A stretch of 64,000 bases of DNA from Podarcis tiliguerta. Its lineage: Eukaryota. The stretch is taken from assembly GCA_965153285.1 (NCBI GenBank), contig OZ229119.1, one strand, 5' to 3'. Numbering within the stretch: position 1 is the first letter of the stretch; the number at the start of each line of letters is the position of its first letter. Positions 49,901 to 63,720 of this stretch are shown here, piece by piece. Under the pieces are notes generated by a model, which did no database searches, was not told where the DNA came from, and saw only the letters and a list, made by a program, of their open reading frames with translations. The translations under genes were made by a program, and so were the position numbers.

Positions 49901-51744
49901 GTCACAAAACATTACAATCGTTCATTCTGAGCACACTGTTTCCCAAAGGCCTGCTAAGACAGAGGCCTTCAGTTGCCACCTAAAAATATTCAGAGTCGGG
50001 GACAACCAAAGCTTACAGGGGGGAGTTTTCCAGATCTGGAGTGTTATTGCTAAGAAAGCAGTAGAAGGGGTTGGGGAAGGAATGAGTGATTTGAGCAATG
50101 CTGTTCAACAGCAATAGACACCAACGAAAAAACAGGTGTATGCTGAATCCCATTTTCAGATACTTTCCAACCCTTTTCAGTTATGATGAACATGAAGTAG
50201 CTGACTGTATTGAACACTTCACTGGCTAGTTAAGCATGCAGATAATTGTGGGATTTTAAACACCACCATCCCATATGTGCTGCAGGTAAATCCTACGAAA
50301 GCCCATTTAATTAAGTGATTGTAGCAAATCATGTAGAAGACTTTTTGCTGTATTTTAAGCAAACATCACATCCTTAATGCTTAAGAACTGAACATGTAAT
50401 CCCTCATTACACAAACACTGCCTTTAGTTACTCAGATATTAAAATTTAATTTTCGTATAAAATCCTTCATTATTCATTTGCAAAGAGGCATTTGCTTAAT
50501 TAGAGCGAGTTGGTTCAGTCACAGCAAGTGTAAGGATTCAGTTGAAGATCTTCAGAATATTCAGCTATTGCTGAATTTCCCTCCCTTGCATTAGAGCAAT
50601 AGAGACAAAATTAATTTGTTTATGCTGCATGCAAAGCTTTTACAATCTCTATTTAAAAAGCAATATACAGAGATACTGTACAGGGAAAAGTAGTACAGGG
50701 CAATTACGTAAGTCTCAAATAGTGGCTGAAACCTGAGACCTAAACTAGATTTTATAAGGTCTGAACTAGTGCCCTAAAACTAGAGGTTAAGAGAACAATA
50801 CCTCCTTATCTCCTACCCATACTTCCCCAATAATGTTTAGTTGAAGATTCATGTTATGGTGACATCATTGCACTCAGAGCTCCCTGCGCAAGTAGCAGCC
50901 AGTGAGGTGGAGTAGGAGAATTTTGAATGTAATGACATGCTATGTTAATGGGGAAGCATTCTATCAGGCTGTGTAGCAAGGGAGAGTGTGGAAGCAGAGC
51001 TATTCCATCGACTTGGGGCCTGGCTTTTCCTCAATGGTAACCTGGCTACAGACATTCCATCAGGCTGCAGAGCAGGGGGAGATATTGCAATTTTGTACAC
51101 ATTTCTTGGCTGGAGAACTGAATTGCAGAATTCATATAAGAATGAATTTCGAAAAGTGGTTGTGTTTTGGTTCTCGTGTTGTTTCCGAAAATGAGAATTG
51201 GGTAGATTTGCCTTTATATGTTAACTGAATGGAATTTCTCATCCCTAAGTGTACACCTGTAAAAATACGGTACCATATATATGCTGCATAATTATCCTAT
51301 CATACTTTGCAATGTAGAGCAGCTGATGTTTGATCCCAGCTTCCCCTACCCAACCTATCCCTGCTTAACTGAGAAGCAGAAACTCACACAAGCTGAGCAA
51401 AGGGAGAGGACTGTGGGGAGCAAAAATGCAGTAGGACACTCTGCACACCCAAATGAGCAATGAAAAAGCCAATGGGGAAATTTAGGGAGACTTTTGGATG
51501 TAAGTGTATTGCCATTAGCATTTAGTTCCTGTTTTTATTTTTAAGTTCAGAATATTTACAGAGTATCATGGTGACTTAGGGAAAACTGCCACGTGGGCTT
51601 ATTAAGCCAATCGTCTGGAAATCCCTCTGATGAGTTCAATTTTGGAGGAACATGGCCTACTTTTCTAGCAGGATAGCCAAGGATTTGGGGAGCTGGGTGG
51701 GCAAAACGTAAGATGAACCCTGATGTTCTATTACAAACGGGGGG

Positions 51745-52151
51745 GAGGGGAGAAGGATTGGATTCAGTTAGCATTTAAAGGTGAATGTATTTAATTTGCC
51801 TTTCTCAAAACAATTTGTGGACTGAAAAAAAGCTATCTTTCCAACGTTGTACTTGTCTGAATTTCTTCAGTTCTCCTGCCAGTGGGTTCAAAAATGCACA
51901 TACTAAGGCAAAGTGTGCGTAAAAATGCATGTATCAGTGAAAATGACTTGCAAAAATGTGTCTATCAGGTCAAGTCACATACAAATATGAGTATATTAGA
52001 AATTTGCATTAAAATGCTGATGTGGATTTTTTTAAACAAACAAAAAAAAGAATAAATCACAATTGGATGTGTAAACATGGAGTGCCATAATTTCAGTTTA
52101 GAAAAGTGAGAAACAAAGAGAAACCAAAATTGACAGATTCACCCATCCTTA
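51745..52151. mobile_element. Old non-autonomous hAT element (TAGGGA-end family)
   Basis: Inverted homologue of the 61982-62400 element. Confidence 0.55.
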
Positions 52152-55100
52152 ACTACCAATCACCCATAGGATGCCTTCATGATGAAACCTGTAGCCCAAA
52201 GTTTGAGAACCATTGTTCTAATGCAATCTAATGAATTTCACAGGGGAAACTAAGCTCACATCTCCTCTCACTAGGATTATTCTCATGGGTTGCTGAAATG
52301 GTTGTTGCCGTATGTGGAAAATTGCTGGGTTATTTGTGTTCTAAGAGGCCTCTTCTTACAATTCCAGAATTATGAGGAGCTTTGCAAAATCATCATACAT
52401 TAATCTTACTTTTATCTCATTGAAAATGCATTTAGCATGAAAGGCTTTACCAGCTGCACAGTTCCCCTTCCAACTGTTAACATTAAAAGATTTTGACAGA
52501 GCCCTGTCATGGACACAGTTCAGCCTGAAGCATCTTTCAGCAGCCACATCCTCTATGGACTCCTGTTAAACATTTGCATAGCTTTTTCTGGTAGGGGAAA
52601 AATCAGTGTTGCTCCATCGACACTGGAAGCAGCAGCGCAGCTAGGTAGTTTTAGACCCTGGATTTACTTGGCCTTGAAGGGGAGGCCCCTTAGACAGCCA
52701 TCTATATGTCCGGTTTTGAAGTGCATGGTTAATGTTAGTTTTGTCCCATTGTTGCCCAACAAAGAAGAGTTGGGCCCAAGGTGTTCAATACTTCAGAATT
52801 AGGTGTTCTTCTTTCCTTCCTTATTCAGATATCAATTAACAGACCATCAGGTGTGAGCAACATAGCACAGCATTTATTTATAAATGCTGGGTGTTGGGTT
52901 TTTTTTTTAAAAAAAGCATGCAGTATGTGTATTTTTTTCAAGTATAAACAACCATGTACAACCATGGAAAATGGCAACAAAACTTGTCCTCTTGCCAGTA
53001 GTATCCATTACACTCCACCCCAATCTTCCTAGTGAGAGACTCCTGAAGTTCCAGGTACTTTACCCAGCATTTGGCTTCCTTGGAATGAAGGTCAGTGGAG
53101 ACTGTGGTGTCTTCAGGATGTATGGTTTTATTTACACATATATACAAAGTGAACATCAGATGGGAATATTAACACAGCATTAACACCCCAAAGGATCTTG
53201 CTTCTCCATTAGTCACAGCTTTGGACCCAGCACAGAGCAAGGCATGTCTCTTATGTCTGCAGCTCCTAGCATTCAGCTTTTCAAGTGAACGCTGAGAAAA
53301 GAGGGAGCTGTGGACCTCTAGGGAATCTGAGAAGGAATTATACGACTACAAGGTCCTTTGTTTAGGCCTTTGTTAGACTGAAGGAATAATTCAGCCAGAG
53401 AGTAAAATTAAAGGCTTCCTTAACTGGAGTGTCACACTTGCACAACAAGCCTGCTTCCCCAAAAGAATCGGGCATTTTCAGATGGGGAAAGGGATGGGAA
53501 AATACACTGAACAAAGTGTGCACAACACTTGCTTGACACCATGTCACCTAACCTTCCTGCAGACAGGAATAAACAAGTCATCCGGACATGACCAGAAAGA
53601 GAGATAGAGATTTCTGATATGTGGGCCATTAACAAAAAGCTGCTTATGGGATGCTTTTGCTTTTGCAGCTGCCCTAGAAGGATCCTGGAATTCATGCTTT
53701 TAATTTTGACTTCCAATGTTGTGAATAAAGCCGATGGGGAGTATGTGTGTGTGTGTGTGTGCGCGTGTACACACAAACACACATTCAAAGAGAGAGAGAG
53801 AGCACTATCCTGGACCACAGTTCAGTCTCTCTTGTTTTAAATGTCAGGACTTAGTAATAAGAATGTATAAATAGAATTCACCAGGATAGATCATAGAGGA
53901 GAGCAAAGAGATGGTTTCTATTTGCTTGAATTCTCACATTCAGTTGAGTGATATTGCTGTCAGTACGCCTTTCAACCGATGTCAGCGACTGGGCTCAATA
54001 AGTGGTTCTGCCCCAACAGGGCTAGGCGACTGGAGCACTTTCAGAGACCTTCCAATCCTGGAAAACAGGTCCCAGTTCACTGGACCCACAACTGTGCAAT
54101 GTGAGCACCAGACTCATGCAGAGTATAAATAATGCGGAAGCTAGCTGTAAAACATAACTCCTTTTATTTCTAATAGCTACTACAAACTAAAGAACTACTG
54201 GCTTGCATGAGTGTTACATCTCCCACACAGCCATCTAGTCACTACATAGATAAGACTCTCTCCACACACAGAGTCAGGCAGTCAGTCAGGAGCGAAAGAG
54301 AAGAGCAGTTCCCGCCCCCTCCTTTCTCAAAACATCAGATCAGGAGATTCTGTCAATGGGAGGGGTGAAAATATCAACAATTGCTAGCATCTGCCATTCA
54401 CTCCTGAGGCATCCAGAAGGCAGCACAATCCCATATTATATTTCCATACATGTTGAATATTCACTGCCCAGCAGAACAAATCCCAAATGGGCAAGACCAT
54501 ACATTGTTCTGATCATGATGGAACCAAGAGTGGAAATCTCTTGCCATCTAACAGTCCCAATCACTGTGAGGTTATTATACAGCTCTATTTAGAGAAGGAG
54601 CGACTGGTTACATATTGCATAAGCAACCCCTGATGCAGAGCAATAGCCTTGGAAATTAATGCTCAGTGTGGGTGGCGTGTCATGACAACAGCTGCATGGA
54701 TCATTAGGTCTCACCTTCTGTGTATTAGCATATCCACAGATCTCAGGGACAAAGTGCCTTTTGCACACACACCGCAATGCATGTTTCTGTTTTTGTTTAA
54801 ATGGAAAAGCAGCTTTGGTAAGGTGCCTTTCTTAAATAAAGGAAGAGAAGGGAAACAGTAGAGTGTAACCCTTTCCCTACCAATCATTGATCAAAGCCAT
54901 TCTAAGTTGCCCAAGAGTTTTTGCCGAAATAATCACACTTTGGGGCCTCTGCATTTGGTGATAAGACTCTGCCAGATCCAAAATTTTGAATTGCTCCTCT
55001 CTGGCAAAATGAAAGGGGAAAGTCCTCGATGTGAGGTAAGCAAGATACTTTCTTCTCAGCACTGTTATGATCACCTTGAAAACACCACAGATCCACTTTT

Positions 55101-55422
55101 TCTTCATAACAGGAATAATAAAAAGGTAAAGGTACCCCTGACCGTTCGGTTCAGGCGTGTTGCCCAATCACTCCTATCAATCTTTGTTGTCAATCAAGTT
55201 CCTTAGTCACTGCCACTCTGAGAGCAAGATCTACCTGTCAGGTTTTCCAAAACATGAGCTTTTGCTCTGATTGTCAAAGTGATGCTAGCTTAATCTCCTT
55301 AAGGTTTCTAAATGCCCCTTTGAAAAACTGGTGCAGCTCCAGATAAAAAGCTATTTCAGCTGCTTTGTGAACTGACTTCCCAGTGAAACTGGAAATCCTT
55401 GATACAAGGTGAGTCCAAACTA

Positions 55423-55664
55423 CAGTGGTACCTCGGGTTACATATGCTTCAGGTTACATACGCTTCAGGTTACAGACTCCGCTAACCCAGAAATAGTACC
55501 TCGGGTTAGGAACTTTGCATCAGGATGAGAACAGAAATCGTGCTCTGGCGGCGCGGCGGCAGCAGGAGGCCCCATTAGCTAAAGTGGTGCTTCAGGTTAA
55601 GAACAGTTTCAGGTTAAGAACAGACCTCCAGAACGAATTAAGTACTCAACCCGAGGTACCACTG
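55423..55664. mobile_element. Tc1/mariner-type MITE
   Basis: TIR CAGTGGTACCTCGGGTT / AACCCGAGGTACCACTG and TA TSD. Confidence 0.9.
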
Positions 55665-58108
55665 TAATATAATATTTAACCAGTTTTGTCCAAACACCAC
55701 TAGAGATCTTAATTGTGCTTTCAAATGAGTGCCAATTATGGGACTGGTGCTTTCCACACATGAAAGGCTTTTAGTTTTTGTTTTTTGCAGAGTCCACACA
55801 ATGTCATTGACATCAAAATGCCAGCCACTATTTATCTCCATTTAATTCAGATTAACTCTTTTCAAGAAAAATCCATGCAATGGGAGGAGGAAACAGAAGG
55901 GGTGAAAGAGGAATGTGTGGTCATGGTGCTTGTTTGCAAAGCCATAATTTGGGAAACCATAGACAACTGTTTGTACGGAGAGACAAACGGGAACCCTCTT
56001 GAGGCTTGTCAACCACTGGTGGTCAGAAAGGAAGGTCATATTTCATCACTTATTTTTAATGAGGGTTTGTTTTTGTTTTTTTGGCATTGCACCCCTCAGC
56101 AAAAATGGCTTGGAAGGTGGGAAGTTCAAAGCTCATTGGTTTGCATTGTCACCATTCTGAACATGAGTTCATGTAAGAGATTGTGTCAACAGTTGATGAC
56201 TCTAATTAAAACTGATTATAATCAGAGCATGTTTGATGGGGTTATAATGTCCAGCATGTATGTACATCTCTGAAATCATATACCAATGAAAAAGAAAAAA
56301 TGTCACTTGTGCCATTCAATTAGTCTTAGCATCAGTTGCATTTATATATGTATTCTCTCACCTACAGCTCGAATCTGAGACTATTAATGTAGAGGCTGAG
56401 CAATAAAGTAGGACATATCTGCAATCATGACTCTGCTTTTTGTTGTCAAAGTGGTTGTTTTGCTCTCTACTTGATGGATGGGAAAGTAGATCAAACTTTA
56501 CTGATTCATCTTCCTGGGAGCATTAAGACTGCTGGGCCAAGTTGTTTGCCGATACTTAACTGATTAGCCTACTTTCCCCTCCATGCTGGAAACAGTTCCT
56601 TTGATTTAAAAATGCAGTCTTCTTTTATTTGACATCTGCCAAAAAACCCCTCTCCTTGCTACAAAAGCTGAAAGCACTCGCCGCAGAGTTGTCTTCCTAA
56701 AAGCATGAGCAATAATAGTGCTTTGAAGTCAACTCGCACAGTTCATCCTCTGTAACAGTATGGATCAAATGCTAAATCCAAGTGCTTGGCTGTGGTCTGT
56801 TTTAAAGTGCCCTGTGCCTTTGGATCAATTGCGTTTTCTGTAAGAGCATCCCTTCCCTCTCTGATCCATTTTTAGCCCAATTAAGGATATGGATTAGGCA
56901 AAAGTTAGCATTCATACAGTACTTTGAATATTCATAGCATTTCACATGTAACATCTACGTAATCCTTTCAACAACCTTGTATGGTAGGTCAATATTATGC
57001 TCCCCATATTGCAGGTTCAGTGGTGGGATTCTGAGGCTGAGATGGTGAATTGTATATGGCTACTTCCTCGTCCAAGCTTTGAACTGGGAACTCCTCAGCT
57101 CATACTTTTAAATACTTCTTAAGCCCATTTAATGCACCAGATGTGGGATGGAGTACAGGATAAGTCCTAGTTGCATGACCACCTGGTCATCACATGAGCA
57201 CTCCTTTAAGCAGGTACATGAGGTGTTCATTTCTTTAAAACTGCTTCTCTTCTCTATAAGAAACTGCTAGCTATTCACTAACAAAACCACGAGGCACATC
57301 GGTGTTGATAACGTCACTAGAAGGTGCATATACCAGCACTTGTACAGTACACCTAGAGAATGGGCAAATACTGAGAATTTGGGATATGGTAACTTAATAT
57401 GATGCTTGCATACCTTGGTAAACTCTATTGGTCATATGTCACTGTCACCATTATGCCTTCCGCTTTGGAATTTTGGGAAGAAGAAGAAGCAGGAAGTGGT
57501 CAGATCTCCATGAGGGCTGACAGGGAGAGGCTGTACCCAGAGACCAGGGAGCATGGCTGGCTTCTCCTCTGAACCCAAGCTTGCTGAAGCTATGGGAGAC
57601 GCAACAAGAGACACTATTGAGGTGCAGTATTCTGAACACTCTCCCTCAAAGCTAAGGTGTATTTATGTGTAAATAAAACTATATAATCTTAAAGACACTG
57701 TAGTCTCCGCTGTGCCTCATTTCTCCCGAAGGAAACACAAAACCTGGTGAAGTGCCAAGACCCCTGGAATCTGACACCGCTTGGAGATTGGTGTGGCCCA
57801 TAACAATACTAAACCTTTTGGGAAAAGGCTGCATGTATGTATGCTCTTTATACAATCTAGAACATTCCTGCCATGAAACTGGAGGGTGACAGAGGAGTGA
57901 GGGTTGAACTGGCACACTCAGCAATTGGCACCTTGTCTCCTACACTACCAGTACTCTGCCTTTCCTGCAAACCTATATGCTGCAGGGAAAGAGGATCACC
58001 TAGGCAGCAGTAATCATCAGGTGACATCCCTACCCTCAAACAGGCCAATCTTGACTCATCTTAGCCTATGAAGCCCTGGCTTCAGGAGTTGGTCCATCAG
58101 TCCCACAG

Positions 58109-58110
58109 TA

Positions 58111-58152
<42 letters not shown>

Positions 58153-58437
58153 TATTATTATTTATACCCCGCCCATCTGGCCGGGTTTCCCCAGCCACTC
58201 TGCGCGGCTTCCAACAAAACACTAAAATACAATAAACTATTAAACATTAAAAGCTTCCCTAAGCAGGGCTGCCTTCAGATGTCTTCTAAAAGTAGTTATT
58301 TTTCTCTTTGACATCTGGTGGGAGGGCGTTCCACAGGGCGGGTGCCACTACCGAGAAGGCCCTCTGCCTGGTTGCCTGTAACTTGGCTTCTCACAGCAAG
58401 GGAACCACCAGAAGGCCCTCAGCGCTGGACCTCAGTG
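58109..58437 (-). mobile_element. L2-like LINE 3' end with (TAA)n tail
   Basis: (TAA)n followed by TTTATACCCCGCCCATCTGG...GGGAGGGCGTTCCACAG, typical of squamate L2 3' ends. Confidence 0.7.
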
Positions 58438-59572
58438 TCAGCAACTTATTGTTATGAATAGTTTCATACTCCTAGTGCCCTGCCTCATTTGGGACTCAAC
58501 TTTTGACTATGCCTGTTTGGATTACACCTGCCTTTGTCCTTTGGCCCCTGTCTTGTTGGTTCCAGCCTTAGCCTTGCCTTTCTGGACTGCACCCATGTCT
58601 TGACATCTGACAACCAGAAGCATACTCTTGATGAGGCCTGACAGAAATGTTATGACTGCATAACAGAAGTTGCCCATTGTGCTTCCTCAGCCATCTTGAC
58701 CATCTGAAAGCAGCAGTAGATAAAAGCACCACAGAGTCAACTCGGAGAGAAAGTCGGGATATTGGCTTTCAATTTTTAACGACCTTGCTATCAGAATCCT
58801 TCATGACTTTAGATTCTCCAGAAATTATTGCGGCTAGAGGTGTGGTTGCCCTCGAAATCTGTTCAGAGACTTCAACTAGTGTGCCAAACCAATTTTTAAC
58901 AAGGCAGATTTAAGAGGCATATTACTTTGCAGTAGCGTTCCAGTCACCATTCCGATTTTATCTTGTAGATTCCCAGATGGCTTCTCCACTCGGCAACTCT
59001 GAGATCGTTCCCTTTCCTTTCTCTCGTTGTCAACCCTGCAGTTAGTGGAGGGTAGCTTCACAATGGCACCTTCTGTGTGCTCACTCTCAACTGAGAATTG
59101 AGGTGCTGCCACCACCCACACATCTCTCCTTTACAATTACCTTCAAAAGCAGGTAAAATGAGGCAGCACAGTACCACTTGAGGGTTCCTTCTCTTTTGCA
59201 TGCATGTATGCTTTACAGTGAAGATATTTAAATGCTAGTATACTTTTCGAATTGTTAGCCTTCTCTGTAGTTTTGAGAGATAGCATGGGTAAAACAAAAA
59301 CAAGATCAAGAAAGACAATATATGGTTCTAGGGCCATATGTGCCACCCACATCATTACATGAAATTTGGCAGTTTTAGTTAGAGTGATGGACTAAGGGCA
59401 GCTGTGCCTCTAGATCAGCCTTGCTCAGCTTGCTGCCAGCCATATATTTTTCAGCTGCAACTCCCATCAGTCATTGCCTGCACAGCCATGCTGGTTGGAG
59501 CTGATGGGTACTGCAATCAGAAACATCTGGAGGGCATCTGGAAGGCTTAGCCAGATCCTGAATTCTGAAATA

Positions 59573-59814
59573 CAGTGGTACCTCAGGTTAAATATGCTTC
59601 AGGTTACATACGCTTCAGGTTACAGACTCCGCTAACCCAGAAATAGTACCTCGGGTTAAGAACTTTGCTTCAGGATGAGAACAGAAATCGTGCTCCAGCG
59701 GTGCGGCGGCAGCGGGAGGCCCCAATAGCTAAGGTGGTGCTTCAGGTTAAGAACAGTTTCAGGTTAAGAACGGATCTCTGGAACGAATTAAGTACGTAAC
59801 CTGTGATACAACTG
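59573..59814. mobile_element. Tc1/mariner-type MITE
   Basis: Highly similar to the 55423 copy. TA flanks, right TIR partly mutated. Confidence 0.88.
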
Positions 59815-59818
59815 TAGT

Positions 59819-60068
59819 ACTCCTGCCAACCTAGCAGTTTGAAAGCACGTCAAAGTGTAAGTATATAAATAGGTACTGCTCTGGCGGGAAGGTAAACAGC
59901 GTTTCCGTGCGCTGCTCTGGTTCACCAGAAGCGGCTTAGTTATGCTGGCCACATGACCCGGAAGCTGTATGCCAGCTCTCTTGGCCAATAAAGCGAGATG
60001 AGCGCCACAACCCCAAAGTCGGCCATGACTGGACCTAATGGTCAGGGGTCCCTTTACCTTTACCTTTT
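59819..60068 (+). mobile_element. 5'-truncated Sauria SINE
   Basis: ACCTTT tail. TSD TACAACTGTAGT/TACCACTGTAGT. Confidence 0.88.
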
Positions 60069-61258
60069 TACCACTGTAGTGCCTGGGTCGGCTTGTGAGC
60101 CATGAGGCTCATGCCTTGAGAAATGCTGCTCTAAACAATAAATGAATTGGACCCCTTGCATATTCAAGCCTACTGGTTTCAGAAATCCTTTCCAGACTTC
60201 AGAGTTGGCGCAGATTATGTCATCACTGCTAAATTAGGTATTTTCTTTGTTGCAGGCTGGAAACAGGAATCATCTTTCTGCTGGGTCAGGCAAGTGAGGC
60301 AAGTCCAATTACATTTATCTTGCTGAAAAGTTTCCTTTGTCCTCAGGAGCAACAAGGTGACGAGAAACTAAAGCTGAAGAAGTCATAGGAATATACTTGA
60401 CATAACAGTAATAATATATTTGTGGGATAAAGAAACAACGCATGATAGCACAATATTCACGATTCCTACCAGGCTAATGCACAACCAATTATGGCCTTTT
60501 AAATAAGAGAATAGTCAGGAAAAAGATAAATGCATGCTTATTGAGAATGCAGTCCTTGCAAACAAACCTGCCAGGACCATCAGTTTCTTGAGAATTGGGA
60601 CGCTTTCTCTAATGTTTCAATGCAAAGCAATGTTCTCTTTCCAAAGCACTTCAACATAAATATTTTAACAGTAGCTGGCTGGGTAGGAAAATAAACCATG
60701 AAGTTCCCACCTCCAGTTTCCTGCTTCCCCTTTTCTCTGTACCACCTGGATTCTCAACAGCCCAGACAAGCCCGGATTGGACACTCTCAATCAACCCAAG
60801 GTACTTGACCTTCTGGAGAACCAGAGCCTGTTAATCCTTATTATTCCATGCTATTATACCACCACATACCCAAATCTCTGTACCCTGGTCAAAGAAAGGC
60901 AGGAACATAAAATGTACCATACAATGGAGAGCATTCTGTTAAAACAGGCACGCTGCTACCTAACTAAATAAATAGAAGACCTTTAAAACTATCAGTACAG
61001 AGACAAATGACAGTAAGCTTTAAGCATCTCAGTTGCATCTAGGAAGAAGCTGAAATAGAATATTTGCTGTGCATGTAAAGAGCCATTGTACTACAGCCCA
61101 TTTTAGATTGGATTCCAACTTAGTCAGAACAGATCCACTGATAACTATGGGACATAAGCTAATTGTGATTAGCCTAAATCCCGTTGATTTCAATAGGCCT
61201 GCTCTAAACAAGACTAGGCCTGAATCCAACCCATTGGCTAAGCGGTTTGCCTCTAGGG

Positions 61259-61387
61259 CAAGGGTAGCAGAAGTGGTTCCCTTCAGATGTTGCTGGACTA
61301 CAACTCCCATCACCCCTGACCCTTGGCTGGGGCTGATGGGTGCTGGGGGCCAGCAACATCTGGAAGGCACAACATTGGCCACTCCTG
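61259..61387. mobile_element. Hairpin hAT/Charlie MITE
   Basis: Palindromic CAGATGTTGCTGG...CCAGCAACATCTG. TSD CTCTAGGG/CTCTAGAG fits the Charlie nTCTAGAn target preference. Confidence 0.75.
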
Positions 61388-61607
61388 CTCTAGAGGGTTG
61401 CTAGAGCTTTGCATGGCAGTGGCAACAGGAGCTGACTACAGTCTCCATCTTTAGCTCAGGAGGTACACTTGCTTGAAAATGCAGAGGCCCCACCCTCATT
61501 TGTATTAGCTAGCATGGGGCTCAAATACACAAGCTTTGGTACTCTGAGCACCTCATTCTGAGCCAGTCAGCTACAGGAGGGAAGAAAGTTTGTGGGTGGG
61601 TAGGTGG

Positions 61608-61611
<4 letters not shown>

Positions 61612-61638
<27 letters not shown>
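61612..61638. repeat. (AG)n microsatellite
   Basis: Direct reading. Confidence 0.9.
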
Positions 61639-61981
61639 CATTGCAAAAAGTTCTATCCCTACTGTTTCCAGATAAGGATGAGAAAAATGCCTATCTGTCC
61701 TGGAGAGCTGTTTCCAGTCAATATCAATACTGAGCTAGATAGCTCAATGGCATAAGGCAGCTTCCTGTCTTGGGCTTCTTGTGTTTATATTCAAATAGGC
61801 CTGAGCAGCTTTATAGGATCAAATGGGACCTGCTTGACTCAGTGTCTATCCTAGTTGAGCTGGTAGATGCAATTGCACCCTCTTGCCACCTGCAGTGGCA
61901 GCACTGAAACATGGAAAAGAGCAGACCAACAGCTCCCTCCATTGGCAAACTAGCATTGTTGCGGAGATTAAGGCTCCTGTA

Positions 61982-62400
61982 TAGGGACGGACAAACCTAT
62001 GTTTCTATTTTTTATGGTTCCTCATTTTTTCAAACTTAAGTTCAATTCTCTACATCTGTTTGTTATCTTTTCAAAAAGTCATAATGAAAATGCATTTGAA
62101 TTTTAGTGTGAGTCTCTCTTAATTTACGCTTTGGAGTGCAATTTTGCCTAATACACAAGCAATTTCCCTAAAGCGATGCATTTTGTATTTTTTTTATCCA
62201 ATGTGCACATTTTTATGCACACTTCCCTAGTAAATTCATTTTTCTACATATAACTTGCCCGCAGAACCACACTGCAAAATTTGGAGAAGCGTGAATTTTA
62301 AAGAGCAGTAGCATTTTAGTTGGCATCATGTTTCAGGAAGAGCAGGTGAATTCAGTTTTACTTTAAATGCAAACTGAATTGAGTTTCTTGTCCCTCCCTA
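61982..62400. mobile_element. Non-autonomous hAT element
   Basis: Ends TAGGGA...TCCCTA. 8-bp TSD CTCCTGTA/CTCCTGTG. Confidence 0.75.
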
Positions 62401-63720
62401 CTCCTGTGTCTGTGTGGAACAAAAATGTGAGGACGTCTTGTTCATTGCAGCACTCTGAACCAGCACTCTGTGGCCAACCACAAAAGCATCACCATGTACC
62501 ATACAGAGTTTTCATTTATTTTGAGAGACATGCAAAACAATTTCTACTTCCACAAAATGAAATTGTGAGGCATTAGAGGAAACAGTTTCACAACCCGCTA
62601 TTTTATTTATTTTGGCAGGCAATGTTCCTAAAGCATTTCCAATATAGAAATTTTCTAATTTATATCTGCATAAACAAATTGGTCATAATGGACACTTACG
62701 AAAGACATTTTAAAAATCTCCCAGGGGCTGGCTAGTCCTGTACTTTTCTCCTTCATGTCCTGTTCTTATCATCTGATCAACCTCATTGTGGTGGTCATAT
62801 ACACTTTTATATTCTGGAAACTTCATAGCAGAGATAGCATTACTAGTTTCATTCAGTTAAACTCATATCTCTCACAGCCCTTCTTTTTTATGCTTCTGCC
62901 CTAAACTTGCTATTCTGGGGGACTTGAAATCATACCAGCAAGAGATCATACCCTGCGCTAACCGAAGGTTTTTTGAGGGGGGGGGGGACACAGAATCAAC
63001 ACTTTAGAGCATTTTCTTCCCCTGTGGATATTGTTCAGGGCAATTATTGTAAGCACTGAATAATATTTAGCATTCAGTAATAATGACAAAATAACATAGA
63101 ACATGGCTTCAGTTTCATTTATATTTTTCAATTTAAGCTGTACCAGACATGAATTCTTTCTCTTAGCAAATTAGCTAAAAAAGAATGCTTAGCTGGTGAA
63201 ATTGGTGCCTCATAAATTTATTAAGCAATATAAAATCAGATCAGGCTTGATGGCTTTAGAGATGCATTCCCCTGGAACTTGTCTTACATCCTATCCAATT
63301 ATTAGCATTTCAAAGCTCCCAATCTCCCTTTTGAGCTTCGTAGGAGAGGTTTTTATCTATATATTAACTTTCTCTACTTTGTAGCTGTGGGATCTCTCTA
63401 TTTTAGCTGCTAGAAACAGCAACACTGTGTCCTAAACTGGGGTTGGAAAGCAGGCTTGCTCTTTCAAAATGGCTCCGTGACCTAACAGATATCATTAAAG
63501 CTAAACTGTGCAGGGAAAAGAAAACCCCACATGAGGGATACATGTTCAATGTGCTTTGCTTAATTTGGGTTTGGGAGATTTACTTGGGCTGTGAACTGGA
63601 TTTGGCTGAAGCCCAAATCCTGAATCTGGGGCTGCCGGGAGATGGGGTGTCAAGTGGGGAAGTGCTTGAGAAGGGGCTCCCTACAAGACTGAATATAGCT
63701 GAATCTAGCCTGCACATATC

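Noticed and set aside
55785-56273. 162-aa ORF, and similar 100-136 aa ORFs at 9866, 16952, 23938, 48254 and 63443
   Set aside because: No recognisable protein features or supporting exon structure. Several start at non-ATG codons or overlap repeats.
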